IMG/VR virus record: IMGVR_UViG_3300042922_001182
Coordinates: 124,001 to 188,000 of that record
Strand: one strand, 5' to 3'
Length of the DNA: 64,000 nt
The notes beneath the pieces are model-generated. The model saw nothing but the letters and a program-made list of their open reading frames with translations, made no database searches and was not told where the DNA came from. The first letter of the stretch is position 1; each line of letters opens with the position of its first letter. Both the position numbers and the translations under genes were made by a program. Positions 1 through 9,349 of the stretch are shown here, in pieces.

Positions 1-43
1 CCTCATCAGCGGTGAGGAACGCCATCGACGTGTTGTCTTGCAT
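1..43 (-). CDS. 5' end of a gene running off the left edge (MQDNTSMAFLTADE...)
   Basis: ATG at 43 preceded by purine-rich GGAAAGAGAG, directly after the stop of the 65-838 ORF. Confidence 0.55.
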   Translation of the reverse strand, partial: MQDNTSMAFLTADE

Positions 44-64
44 TTTCTCTCTTTCCTTCCTGTG

Positions 65-838
65 TTAGCGGGAGACCAGGGCGATGAAGTCCGCCCGGAC
101 CTTGACCTGGAGCGACGGGCCGGAGACGTCCGAGATCGAGGGGGAGATGAACTTCTCGCAGAAATCATCACCGGCCAGGAATCCAGACTCGCCCTCCTCG
201 TCGAAGAGGATGCCCTTCACCATCTGGTAGTTGTCGTTCTCCTCGTCCTGGGCTAGCAGGACCTGGAGGACGTACACCGGGTCGTCGATGGTCCCCGGGA
301 GATCCCGGAGCACCTCAGCCAGGTGGTAGACGACGATGGCATCCTCCTGGGTCCGGACGGTCTTGCGGACGGTGGACATCATCAGGTCCTTCTTGCTCTC
401 CTCCGACTTGTAGGCCCCTGCCAGGGCCTTGCGGTTCTCGAAGCAGTAGGACACGAGGAAGCGGGTGAGGTTGTTCCTGTACGAGAGCACGAAGAACTCG
501 TACAGCTGCCTCGTGACCAATGCCATCGCGGACTCCAGGAGGTAGGTCTCCGGGAGGACGATGTTGAAGGACAGCGAGATCGCATCCAGGACCTTCTTGT
601 AGCCCTGCTTTCGGGCGGTCCTGAGGTCGTTGAGCATCTCCGAGTCGCCCTCGTTGAGGGCCTTGAGCATGCTGTGGCGCTCCTCGAACTCCCTGAGGAG
701 GTCGATCGGGCCGCCGGGCCCTCCCAGCTGGCCCACCTGCTCCGTGATGTTGCCCAGGAGGACGTCGTCGGACAGGTAGGCGATGATGTCCTCCCTGTTC
801 ATGATGCCTGCGGGGCGGTACTCCTCTTTGTCGATCAT
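65..838 (-). CDS. hypothetical phage protein (257 aa) downstream of terminase
   Basis: Long ORF with typical composition, RBS AAGGAAAGAG, tightly packed behind the terminase gene. Confidence 0.8.
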   Translation of the reverse strand: MIDKEEYRPAGIMNREDIIAYLSDDVLLGNITEQVGQLGGPGGPIDLLREFEERHSMLKALNEGDSEMLNDLRTARKQGYKKVLDAISLSFNIVLPETYLLESAMALVTRQLYEFFVLSYRNNLTRFLVSYCFENRKALAGAYKSEESKKDLMMSTVRKTVRTQEDAIVVYHLAEVLRDLPGTIDDPVYVLQVLLAQDEENDNYQMVKGILFDEEGESGFLAGDDFCEKFISPSISDVSGPSLQVKVRADFIALVSR

Positions 839-855
839 TCTTGTCTCTTTCCTTC

Positions 856-2835
856 TTACTCGTTGAGTCCGAATACCTTGCCGAACTTCCTGGCGAGGGC
901 GCTGCCGTAGCCGTTCCTGGAACGGCGGGCTATCTCCTCCCTCACTATGGAGTCGCCCAGCGATTCCTGGCCGTGTGTCGATGCTCTCTTGTTGGCCTTG
1001 CCGAGCTGGGCGATCTGGCTGAGCGCCTTGCCGTGACCTTCTGTGGTGAGCGACCCGTCTGCGTTCTTCGTGTACTTCACGAACTTGGGAATGTTCTTAC
1101 CGTAGGCCATGCCGTAGCGGACCATCAGGTACGCGAAGAGCACGTCGTCGTGCTCGCCGCTGCGGTGCTCGATCTTGCCGTTCTTCTTGCGTTCCAGGTT
1201 CTTGATCTCGTTGAAGATGTCCTGGACGCGGACGATCTCGGGTTGGTCGTTGACGATGCCGTACAGCACCTCGTTGATCATCTTCTGGCGCGAGGACTGA
1301 TCCGTGTTGATGCCGTAGGTCCTGTCCTGGACGGGACGGGTGGTCTTGGCCGTCGGGGGCTTGACCTTCTTCTCGGCCTCCTTGGTCTTGAGCTCGTAGT
1401 AGACGTTGCGCTCGAAGTGCGTCTTGAGCAGGTTGTCGATGACGCCCTTGCCGTACGAGTTCCGCTCGATGAACATCACGCAGTTGGGCATGAGCGTCGC
1501 CAGCTCGCACAGAAGCTCTGTCAGCTCGGCGGTGTCGATGGCGCTGCTCTTGAAGTGCCCCATCGGTCGCAGGTCCTCCGGGTCGCAGATGACGATGGAG
1601 CTGGGATCTCGCATCAGGCCACCGGCGACGTCCACGCCGATCAGCCACGGCCTCCTCCAGTCGGTGATCTGCTCCACGAAGTTGAAGACGTAGTTGTCCA
1701 GGAGGTAGAGCTTACCGGCCGTGGTGCGGATAACGCCGTCTGCAATGGCGCTGAGCTGTTCCTCCTGGAAGGGGGAGGTGTTCGAGGCGTAGGTCCACTC
1801 CAGCAGGATCTCGCGCTTGACCATAAACATGTCGTTGTTCAGGTTTCGGCACTGCGTCCTGTACCAGCGCTCGCTGCGCCCGAGCTCCTGGTAGCTGAAC
1901 TTGATGTAGACGAAGTCGTTGGTGGAGATCTTGTCGATGTAGGCCTTGACCCTCTCGTGATCCCACTCGTAGAAGATCTCGTCGAAGGGCACCGCCGCCT
2001 GCATCATGTCGTAGCACTCCTTACCCGCCGGGTCATCCAGGTTGTTAGGAGTGGTGGTGATGACCTTGCCGTAGGGGGTGCCGTTCTTCATCGCGTTCTC
2101 CATCGCTCGGGATTGAGCCGGAGCAGCGGAGGAGTAGATGAACTTATTGAACTTGAGGAAGGCGAACTCGTCCCAGTAGATGCAGGCGGTGGTGGCGCCG
2201 CGCCCGAGCTTCTCGGCCTGGGAGTGGGAGGTGGCCGACGCCATGGTCTTGATCGTGTTCTTGTTCTTGGTGGAGCTGATGTACTCCAGGGCGTTGTTGT
2301 CCTGCTCCTCGACGAACTTGAGGTAGGAGGGGTTCAGCTCCCTGATGTTCTTCAGGCGCTGGAGGTTCAGCTTGGAGTCGGCGTACTCCTTGTTGCCGAA
2401 CAGGATGGTGGAGTTCTTCGTCCCGAAGTCGTAGATCCACGCGTAGACGCAGAGGGTCCCGATGGTCTTACCCGTCTGTCGGGGGAGCTCGACCATGATG
2501 TTCAGGTTGTTGAGCATGCACCAGACGAGGGCGAGGTTGCCACGGTTCAGCACGAACTGGGTGATGCCGCCGTCCTCCGGGATCCTCACCACCTCCCTGA
2601 TGTAGTACCAAGGGTTCCTGGCCACCTCCACTGAGATCCTCAGCTTCTGCTCCTGGGTGAGCGTCTCGCTGTGAGGGTCCACGCCCCGGAGGGTCTGGTC
2701 GTAGAGCTTCAGGAAGAACTTGTTGTTCTTGACGCCGAGCCTGCGGAGCTCGTACCACATCTTGATGAACGACTCGTTGTGGGTCTTGTCGTCGTAGATG
2801 AACTCGCCCTTCTCGTCCTGTTGGGGAAGGATCAT
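856..2835 (-). CDS. terL: terminase large subunit
   Basis: Walker A ELPRQTGKT, Walker B IYWDEFAF, motif III ITTTPN, RNase H-like nuclease GVDVAGG and C-terminal EHDD. Confidence 0.93.
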   Translation of the reverse strand: MILPQQDEKGEFIYDDKTHNESFIKMWYELRRLGVKNNKFFLKLYDQTLRGVDPHSETLTQEQKLRISVEVARNPWYYIREVVRIPEDGGITQFVLNRGNLALVWCMLNNLNIMVELPRQTGKTIGTLCVYAWIYDFGTKNSTILFGNKEYADSKLNLQRLKNIRELNPSYLKFVEEQDNNALEYISSTKNKNTIKTMASATSHSQAEKLGRGATTACIYWDEFAFLKFNKFIYSSAAPAQSRAMENAMKNGTPYGKVITTTPNNLDDPAGKECYDMMQAAVPFDEIFYEWDHERVKAYIDKISTNDFVYIKFSYQELGRSERWYRTQCRNLNNDMFMVKREILLEWTYASNTSPFQEEQLSAIADGVIRTTAGKLYLLDNYVFNFVEQITDWRRPWLIGVDVAGGLMRDPSSIVICDPEDLRPMGHFKSSAIDTAELTELLCELATLMPNCVMFIERNSYGKGVIDNLLKTHFERNVYYELKTKEAEKKVKPPTAKTTRPVQDRTYGINTDQSSRQKMINEVLYGIVNDQPEIVRVQDIFNEIKNLERKKNGKIEHRSGEHDDVLFAYLMVRYGMAYGKNIPKFVKYTKNADGSLTTEGHGKALSQIAQLGKANKRASTHGQESLGDSIVREEIARRSRNGYGSALARKFGKVFGLNE

Positions 2836-2837
2836 AC

Positions 2838-3680
2838 CTAAGCCCTCCTGATGATCCTCAGCTGCTCGGAGATGAGCTTCCGCTGAGAGTCGGTCTTGGC
2901 TTCCCTGAGCTCCCGCTCAAGCTCTCGGATGATCTCCGCCCTGCGGTGGTGGAAGCTGAGGAGGGTGGTGGCGGCCCACTGGACCTTGCGCTCCGTCTGG
3001 GTGTCCCTCTGGGACTCCGCCATGGCGCCGAGCTTCTTGAGGACGGAGTGCAGCTCCGGCCCGTAGCCGTAGGAGATGGCCATGCTGTCGGCGGACTGCT
3101 CGATCTTGGAGCGTCGCATCTCCTCGACGAAGCCGCTGGAGAGGATGAATGCCAGGGGGATGGCGATCACGGCACCGGCTCCAGGGATGACGGCTAGCGC
3201 GGCCCCGGTCAGCCCCAGTAGGACCAGCTGCGTCGCGAGGTAGGCGGTGGCCCAGTTGCTCTCGCCCTTTAGGTCGGCCTTGTGGCCCACCTCGTGCAGC
3301 AGGACGGCCGTCATCTCCTTGGCGGTGAAAGCGCCGTCCGCAGCGCGGTCGAGGGCCTTCCCGTCGAGGGTGACGACCACCCCGGTCAGCCGGTCGAAGG
3401 TGATGCCCTTCTCCCCGCGAGCCATCCCGTTGGACACCTGCATGATGTCCTCCACCGAAGGCGAGCAGCTCATGAAGAAGAACTTATCGCCCGGAGAGGC
3501 CGGATAGATCTCGACGACGCACTGGATGCCGAAGACCTCCCTCATCAACCCACCAAGCATCTCAAGATCCGAGCTGCAATCGGGGCGATTCGACCTCTTG
3601 CACTTGCCGATGATGTTTGCGAAGCACTGATCGACCGCGTCGAGCCTAGGCTCCTCGTATACCTTCTCCATCAGATACAT
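2838..3680 (-). CDS. zincin-like (HEXXH) putative metallopeptidase, probable virion protein
   Basis: AVLLHEVGH motif, hydrophobic segment, downstream EQSAD...YGYGPEL as in M48-like peptidases; AACA-N6-TA promoter upstream. Confidence 0.65.
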   Translation of the reverse strand: MYLMEKVYEEPRLDAVDQCFANIIGKCKRSNRPDCSSDLEMLGGLMREVFGIQCVVEIYPASPGDKFFFMSCSPSVEDIMQVSNGMARGEKGITFDRLTGVVVTLDGKALDRAADGAFTAKEMTAVLLHEVGHKADLKGESNWATAYLATQLVLLGLTGAALAVIPGAGAVIAIPLAFILSSGFVEEMRRSKIEQSADSMAISYGYGPELHSVLKKLGAMAESQRDTQTERKVQWAATTLLSFHHRRAEIIRELERELREAKTDSQRKLISEQLRIIRRA

Positions 3681-3713
3681 GTCGGTTCCCTCCTACCGGC
3701 CTCTGGGCCGCGT

Positions 3714-3725
3714 TATCAACCTGTT
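3714..3725 (-). promoter_or_regulatory. late-type promoter AACA-N6-TA (peptidase/terminase operon)
   Basis: Minus strand AACA GGTTGA TA, ~35 nt upstream of the start at 3680. Confidence 0.75.
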
Positions 3726-3802
3726 AGGCGGACGCCAAACAGGTAACTCTCCGAGCTTCGGAGACACGTCTTACAAAAATCGAAACTATTGGCTAAGCGG
3801 AC

Positions 3803-3811
3803 AAATATTAT
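3803..3811 (+). promoter_or_regulatory. early-type promoter motif AAATATTAT
   Basis: Variant of the recurring ATATTAT motif, upstream of a small plus-strand cassette. Confidence 0.6.
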
Positions 3812-3844
3812 TTTGGTGAGCAGATGAAGAAAGGACCTATCATC

Positions 3845-4210
3845 ATGAATCTTAGCACCGCCGCTCGCCTCCTCGACATGGGCCTCCTGGCTCGCTCCAA
3901 GAGGAAGATCGTCGTCAACTCCGAGGACCTGGACAAGGTCATGGAGCTGGCGGCCAAGGTCAACTCACCGGGGGCCCGTATCAGCACCGATGGCCACGAC
4001 GTCACCGTCGAGCACGCCGGTGGCGTGGACACCTACCAGGTGTTCTGGAGAGGCCACAAGCAGCTCCTGGCGTCGGAGTGCCCGGCCTACAAGAAGATCC
4101 TGGACAAACAGGACTTCACGGCCAATCTTGGTCGGCTGTCCGACCTCAACCCGGAAGAGTCTATGATCCTGCCCCTGGATTTCGGTGAATTCGAGGAGCC
4201 CCAGTTCTAA
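3845..4210 (+). CDS. hypothetical protein (putative early)
   Basis: ORF; RBS AAAGGA before ATG 3845 (alternative start 3824). Confidence 0.75.
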   Translation: MNLSTAARLLDMGLLARSKRKIVVNSEDLDKVMELAAKVNSPGARISTDGHDVTVEHAGGVDTYQVFWRGHKQLLASECPAYKKILDKQDFTANLGRLSDLNPEESMILPLDFGEFEEPQF

Positions 4211-4246
4211 CCCAACCGCTTAGCCTCCCGAAAGGAGACAATTACA

Positions 4247-4390
4247 ATGAAGAACAACATCGACGTTACCAAGCCCGAAGATCTCGCCAGCATTTTCACC
4301 TACAAAAAGGCCGAGACCAAGAAGACCACGAAGACCGTTCAGCCCGACGTCACCGATCCCAAGTACCTTCGGTCCATCTTTTCCTACTAG
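4247..4390 (+). CDS. 47-aa small protein with internal duplicated motif (not in ORF track)
   Basis: RBS AAAGGAG, then MKNNIDVTKPEDLASIFTYKKAETKKTTKTVQPDVTDPKYLRSIFSY*. Confidence 0.7.
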   Translation: MKNNIDVTKPEDLASIFTYKKAETKKTTKTVQPDVTDPKYLRSIFSY

Positions 4391-4433
4391 CGCCCCACCA
4401 CTTCCACGCCCTCCCGAAAGGAGACACTCCACC

Positions 4434-4823
4434 ATGTACAAGAACAACGCCATCAAGCCCATGCACTCCGAGGTTGAGGAGGCCAAGCTGGCACACTGGC
4501 ACGTCATCCGCGACACCCTCAAAGGGGTGGACAAGGTCAACGGCGAGGAGATCAAGCTCATCCAGCTGACCAGCGACCTCACGGTCTTGGTCCAGACGGT
4601 CATGGGCTTCTACGAGATGGTCATCGACGGTGACTCGGTGGTCGCTCGCCCCTGCGTTATGACCATCGAGGATATCGACCTCCCCGTCATCTGCACCATC
4701 TACCGCGATATCAACCTCATCGGTAAAAATGATCGCAAGTCCACTGCCAAGGAGAAGATCGATACCACCGAGGTAAACCCTGCGACCTCCCTCGGTTCGA
4801 TGCTCGGCGGTATGTTCAGCTAA
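4434..4823 (+). CDS. hypothetical protein (putative early)
   Basis: ORF with RBS AAAGGAG, followed by a terminator. Confidence 0.75.
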   Translation: MYKNNAIKPMHSEVEEAKLAHWHVIRDTLKGVDKVNGEEIKLIQLTSDLTVLVQTVMGFYEMVIDGDSVVARPCVMTIEDIDLPVICTIYRDINLIGKNDRKSTAKEKIDTTEVNPATSLGSMLGGMFS

Positions 4824-4862
4824 AAAGAAAAGGGGTACCCGGTGGGTACCCTCTTCTTTTTT
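4822..4862. terminator. bidirectional intrinsic terminator
   Basis: A-rich tract, GGGTACCC-based stem-loop, T-rich tract, between convergent genes. Confidence 0.8.
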
Positions 4863-4935
4863 GCAAGCGAGAACCCGCATCCTCTCGGATGCGGGCTATC
4901 ACTTGCGAAACGGCTCTCGTCAGGAGGAACGAGAA

Positions 4936-6540
4936 CTAGGCGGGCATCGTGCCGTTGTTGTTGAGGATGGTGATCTCGCACGCCACCGGGTTCAGCTCCT
5001 CGATGGTGTCGCGACGGGTGACCATGATGTTCGGCACGTTGCCGTTCATCGGGTCGCGGTAGTCGCGCTCCACGTTGAAGGTGTACGGGTAGTACTTGAA
5101 CGTCATCTGCTTGTTGCTGGAGGGGATGAAGATCATGCGGATCTTGCCCTGCGGCACGTTGTCGGACGACACCACGGCGTAGCGGTTGGCCGCGCCGGAC
5201 ACCACGCCGAAGTTGTAGTTCACGTCCACGCCGCCCATGTCGGCCGTCGCGTTGGTGAACTGCCACTCCACGCCCACGAGCACGGCGGCGTCGATGGGGT
5301 TGCAGATGATGGCGTAGGAGCCGGAGTAGTACGAGGAGTCCGACTTCATCTTGTTGGCGAAGTAGTCGATGACGCCGCGCAGCTCCTTCTTCCACTCGGT
5401 CGGCGAACCGGCGTAACCGGCCGACGGGTGGCAGTCGAAGGAACCCTGGTAGATCTCGCCGTGGAAGTGGAACGAGCGATCCAGGAACTTCAGGATCTCG
5501 CGGTCGACCTTCTGGGCGTGGACGTTGGAGATGATGTCAACCGCCTCCAGCGCCGAGTCGATGTTGTACAGGGCCAGGTTGTCCTGCAGGAACTCGATGG
5601 GCAGGGGCGAGTTGATGTGGGCGCCGGTGCCGATGACGACTTCCTTCAGGCGGATGTCGAAGCCGACGGCCTCGCCGTGGTTGCTGTTCTCATCCGTCAG
5701 GTAGCCGCGAACGACGACGCTCTTGGCGGTGCCTTCGACCGAGGTCAGGCGCAGCAGGCCGGTGACGCGGTCCAGGGCGCCCGTCAGGGTGCAGACCACG
5801 GTCTTGGCGGTGGGGGCGGCGGAGTCGGTGTAGGGCACGACGACCTCGCCGAAGAGGCGGTTGTCGTTGCTGAGGCGCAGCTCGACATCCTCGACCAGCA
5901 CGTCGACGGTGGTGGTGTCGGTCTTGGTGACGGTCACGGTGACCTTGTCGATGACGAAGTTGGCGTCGATCGAGTCACCGGCCTCCAGCGAGGCGCCAGC
6001 GACCAGCGTGATCAGGTTCACGCCCTTGGCGGGCATGGTGATCGGGTCGGTCGACAGCTTGGTCTTCTCCAAGATGGTGTCGGCGTCGGTGCGCATCGCC
6101 TGCGGCAGGTAGGCCTTGGTGCCGTCCTGGCGCTTGATGTAGGGGGTCAGCCAGGAGATCGAGAACTTCGGCAGGCGGACCGCCTCGGTGGGGATCGCCA
6201 TCTTGAGGCCGATCTTGGGCCACGACTTGCGGATCATGGGCATCGACAGGGCCGACACCGCCGCGATGTTCGCGGTCACGCTCTCGCTCAGGAAGTGGGT
6301 GCGGTTGTTCTTGATGAGCTGCTCGAAGGCAGCGGCATCCTCGGCCCGCAGACCCTTGCTGAGGAGCTCGATGTAGCTCTCGAAGTACGCCTGGTCGGCC
6401 ATGATTTCCTTCACGCCCTCCAGGGTGGTGACGCGCACACGGTCGCCTTCGAACTTCTCGGCGGCCTCGCGGATCACCTGAGACGCCTTGTCGGTCGTGA
6501 CGGGCGCCTGGTGCATGCTGGGGTAGATAATCTCGGACAT
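4936..6540 (-). CDS. major capsid protein precursor (T4 gp23/AR9-like)
   Basis: 534 aa; FLSE processing-like site followed by SMPMIRKSWP, PIEFLQD...IDSALE...VDREIL and C-terminal PNIMVTRR, typical of gp23-like capsids; strongly biased codons; own late promoter. Confidence 0.88.
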   Translation of the reverse strand: MSEIIYPSMHQAPVTTDKASQVIREAAEKFEGDRVRVTTLEGVKEIMADQAYFESYIELLSKGLRAEDAAAFEQLIKNNRTHFLSESVTANIAAVSALSMPMIRKSWPKIGLKMAIPTEAVRLPKFSISWLTPYIKRQDGTKAYLPQAMRTDADTILEKTKLSTDPITMPAKGVNLITLVAGASLEAGDSIDANFVIDKVTVTVTKTDTTTVDVLVEDVELRLSNDNRLFGEVVVPYTDSAAPTAKTVVCTLTGALDRVTGLLRLTSVEGTAKSVVVRGYLTDENSNHGEAVGFDIRLKEVVIGTGAHINSPLPIEFLQDNLALYNIDSALEAVDIISNVHAQKVDREILKFLDRSFHFHGEIYQGSFDCHPSAGYAGSPTEWKKELRGVIDYFANKMKSDSSYYSGSYAIICNPIDAAVLVGVEWQFTNATADMGGVDVNYNFGVVSGAANRYAVVSSDNVPQGKIRMIFIPSSNKQMTFKYYPYTFNVERDYRDPMNGNVPNIMVTRRDTIEELNPVACEITILNNNGTMPA

Positions 6541-6634
6541 TCCTCATCGCTCCTTTTCTTGAAAGCCATTCGCAGGGCATCTCGCGCAATCCCATCGAAA
6601 GTACCTTATTCGAGGTCGCCCGGCGCCGCTAGTT

Positions 6635-6646
6635 TATTTTATTGTT
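6635..6646 (-). promoter_or_regulatory. late-type promoter AACA-N6-TA (major capsid gene)
   Basis: Minus strand AACA ATAAAA TA upstream of the capsid gene. Confidence 0.8.
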
Positions 6647-7264
6647 TTAGTTGGTGCTGAACTTGGAGAGCAAGTTCGCGCTGACCTCGGTGCTCATTTG
6701 CATGGCGAGATACACCGCGAGCATTTTCGTGTACTGGATGGTCGTGAGGTCGCGGGATAGGAGGAACCTCATCTTGTCGACGTTGTCGGAGACCGTGGCC
6801 AACAGCTCTCTGTAAACCTCCAGCTCCTTCCCACCCATCTCCGTTGTGTTGATCTTCTCATACGTGTTGAGAAGGTCCTCGGAAGTGGTGATGAGGTCGA
6901 GGACGTCTCCTGCAAGCAGATACTTCTTCCTCTTGTCCTCGGGGGTCTCGGGGGCGGGCTCCTCCGGGATCTCCTCCGTCTCCTCTCCCTCGACGGGCTC
7001 CTCGCCGGTGTCCTCGACGGGCTCCTCCTCGCCGAAGCCGTCGTCGGCTGGTTCCTCCTCGCCGAAGCCGTCGTCGGCGGGCTCATCCTCTACGGGCTCC
7101 TCCTCTCCCTCCTCGGGAGCGGGGGTGTCTCCGTCTCCCTCGGTGTCGTCGGGGGCTTCGAGGTCGGTTCCGACTTCCTCGCCGGTCTCCTCTACCCCCG
7201 CCGTCTTGGCCTTGGGGGCCTCGGTCAACAGGTCCCGACGGTTTCTGTATTCACTCAGGAACAT
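6647..7264 (-). CDS. acidic low-complexity head-assembly/scaffold-like protein
   Basis: Starts MFLSE...LLTEA; E/D/P-rich N-half with repeated EPADDGFGEE; helical C-terminal domain; adjacent to capsid gene. Confidence 0.6.
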   Translation of the reverse strand: MFLSEYRNRRDLLTEAPKAKTAGVEETGEEVGTDLEAPDDTEGDGDTPAPEEGEEEPVEDEPADDGFGEEEPADDGFGEEEPVEDTGEEPVEGEETEEIPEEPAPETPEDKRKKYLLAGDVLDLITTSEDLLNTYEKINTTEMGGKELEVYRELLATVSDNVDKMRFLLSRDLTTIQYTKMLAVYLAMQMSTEVSANLLSKFSTN

Positions 7265-7277
7265 CTTCCCTCCTATC

Positions 7278-7727
7278 CTATACGGCCTTGTAGCCCTTGA
7301 TCTTGTTGATGCTCCATTCGAGCTTGTGCTTGACCTCGATGAGCTTGTACCTGGCCTGCTTGGCCGATTCGCCCTTGTCCTCCTCCAGGTCCTTGATCTT
7401 GGCGTCGGTGGTCTCCAGCTCGGCGCTGAGGCGGTCGAGCAGCCTCTCCTTCTGGGCGTCGGTGATGGTCTTGGAGACCCTGCGGTTGACGAACCAGACC
7501 ATCAGCGCCAGCAGGGGGTTGATGGGCAGGATGGCGATGGAGATCAGCGCGTGCTTCAGCGTGGAGAAGAACTCCGAGTCGGCTCCTCCGTCCTCCAGCT
7601 CCTTCTCGTCCACCTGGTACATGGCCTTGACCATGTCCATGAAGCCGCTCTTCTTCTCCTCCTGCTTCTTCTCCTCCTGCTTCTCCTCCTCGGTCAGCAG
7701 CCTGTTCCTATTGTAGTACGCGGTCAC
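7278..7727 (-). CDS. hypothetical virion-associated protein with hydrophobic segment and coiled coil
   Basis: GTG start with RBS GAGGAG; LLTEE motif; ISIAILPINPLLALMVW segment. Confidence 0.65.
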   Translation of the reverse strand: MTAYYNRNRLLTEEEKQEEKKQEEKKSGFMDMVKAMYQVDEKELEDGGADSEFFSTLKHALISIAILPINPLLALMVWFVNRRVSKTITDAQKERLLDRLSAELETTDAKIKDLEEDKGESAKQARYKLIEVKHKLEWSINKIKGYKAV

Positions 7728-7740
7728 GTTTCTCTCCTCT

Positions 7741-9252
7741 CTAATCGGCGGTCAGCATGTAGAGGCACAGCACCGCCTCGTTGCCCAGCTTGCGGCTCGG
7801 CTCGCCTGCGGAGTCCAGGAGGTTCTTGGTGCTGCGCATGTTCTTCTCTGCCTCCTGGTTGGCCTCCTGGGAGAAGACACCACGCACGGAGACCGTATCG
7901 CCGTCGTAGTCGCCGTTGAGGGCGGCCAGGTAGGCGTTGGACATCTGGAGCGTGTCGACGAAGCCGTTGTCCTCCTCGGGGTAGTCGGGGAAGATCTCCG
8001 GGTAGTCCTCGAACATCCTGTTGCCCAGCTTCTGCACCTTCGTCTTCCTGGTGGAGAGAACGTGGATCTTCGAGGCGTGGATGTTCTGGTGGTGCTCGAC
8101 AGGGTACCGGGTGATGTAGACGTGCTTGTCGGCCGTCACCTTCTTCGCCACGATGTAGAGCAGGTCGATCAGGGTGAAGTCCCTGAGCAGGTCCTCCCTG
8201 TAGAGGGCCAGGGGGTACTCCTTGCCGTCGTCCGTCTTGATCATGATGGGGTCGAAGCGGTTCTCCTCGCTCTTGATGTAGAGCTGGATCATCTTCTTGA
8301 TCTTGGGGAGGGGGAACTGCGACAGAGGGTCCTTGAGCGTGTGGCGCTTGCCCTTCTCGTCCTCGATGAACTGGACGTCCCCGATCTCTGCCTGGAGGAA
8401 CTCCTGGATGCCGTGGACGAAGAAAGGGAAGAACTCCACGCACAGGTGGGACAGCGGGACGCCGGTCCTCTCGAAGCTGACCTTCATCTCCTCCGGCCGT
8501 TCGGCGTTGATCTTCGGGGCGCTGATGACGGCGCGGACGGCGTAGTCGATGCTCTTACCGAGGACGCCCTTCTGGATGATGCCGTTCTTCTTCGCCAGGC
8601 GCTGGGTCAGGTGCTCGAAGATCTCAAGCAGCTGGTCCTGGAGGGCCGCCTCGGTGGCGTGCCCGACGAAGCTGAACCCGCCGCTGGGGGAGGCGATGGT
8701 CAGGGAGAGGTTGAGCAGCCTGGAGTACATGGTGTTGAGCTCGTCAACCGAGATCTGGCCCTTCTGGGCCTTGGAGAGGTTGACGTCCCTGAAGAATGGA
8801 GGGATCACCAACCACTTGCCGACCAGGATCTCATCATCTTTGAGGGAGTTAACCAGGGCACGGCGTTCGTCTCGCAGGGCGCTGCCCGTGCTGGCGAACG
8901 TGAGCTTGCGGATGTTCCTGGTGAGGAAGTCGATACCGGTCTCGCCAGCCTCGTCCTCCACCAGCTCGCCGCCGACGATCTTGAACCTGGAGGTGCCCTC
9001 CAGGGCCTTCCGGAAGTTGCGGTCCATCGACACCATCGCCTTGAAGGCCACGGGGTGGATGAACTTCTTGCCCAGATCGATGTGGCCGAAGATCTCCCGC
9101 CTGTCCCTGCTACCGTAGGGACCGAACATCTCGTAGGAAAGCAGCCCGTCGCTCGTCGGCATGTTCCCCGGGTCGAACAGGATGGGGTTGGTGACCCTGG
9201 GGCACTGGTTGACCTCGACGATCTTGTCGAGAGGATTGATATCTAGCAGCAA
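7741..9252 (-). CDS. rpoC: multisubunit RNA polymerase beta' subunit, N-terminal catalytic part (probably virion RNAP)
   Basis: GLLSYEMFGP...RREIFGHIDL, LGKSIDYAVRAVI, TRYP and catalytic ALNGDYDGD; TTG start with GGAGG; late promoter. Confidence 0.92.
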   Translation of the reverse strand: MLLDINPLDKIVEVNQCPRVTNPILFDPGNMPTSDGLLSYEMFGPYGSRDRREIFGHIDLGKKFIHPVAFKAMVSMDRNFRKALEGTSRFKIVGGELVEDEAGETGIDFLTRNIRKLTFASTGSALRDERRALVNSLKDDEILVGKWLVIPPFFRDVNLSKAQKGQISVDELNTMYSRLLNLSLTIASPSGGFSFVGHATEAALQDQLLEIFEHLTQRLAKKNGIIQKGVLGKSIDYAVRAVISAPKINAERPEEMKVSFERTGVPLSHLCVEFFPFFVHGIQEFLQAEIGDVQFIEDEKGKRHTLKDPLSQFPLPKIKKMIQLYIKSEENRFDPIMIKTDDGKEYPLALYREDLLRDFTLIDLLYIVAKKVTADKHVYITRYPVEHHQNIHASKIHVLSTRKTKVQKLGNRMFEDYPEIFPDYPEEDNGFVDTLQMSNAYLAALNGDYDGDTVSVRGVFSQEANQEAEKNMRSTKNLLDSAGEPSRKLGNEAVLCLYMLTAD

Positions 9253-9286
9253 TTCGTTATCCTCCGTCTTTAGTCCCTTTTTTCGC

Positions 9287-9298
9287 TAATGTTTTGTT
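9287..9298 (-). promoter_or_regulatory. late-type promoter AACA-N6-TA
   Basis: Minus strand AACA AAACAT TA upstream of the beta'-N gene. Confidence 0.75.
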
Positions 9299-9313
9299 GA
9301 GAGACAAAGGTAG

Positions 9314-9342
9314 AGCCCCAACACCTGGTCGGTGTTGGGGCT
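9314..9342 (-). terminator. stem-loop after the 1540-aa gene, probable terminator
   Basis: AGCCCCAACACC-loop-GGTGTTGGGGCT inverted repeat immediately past the stop codon. Confidence 0.6.
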
Positions 9343-9349
9343 GTTGACC

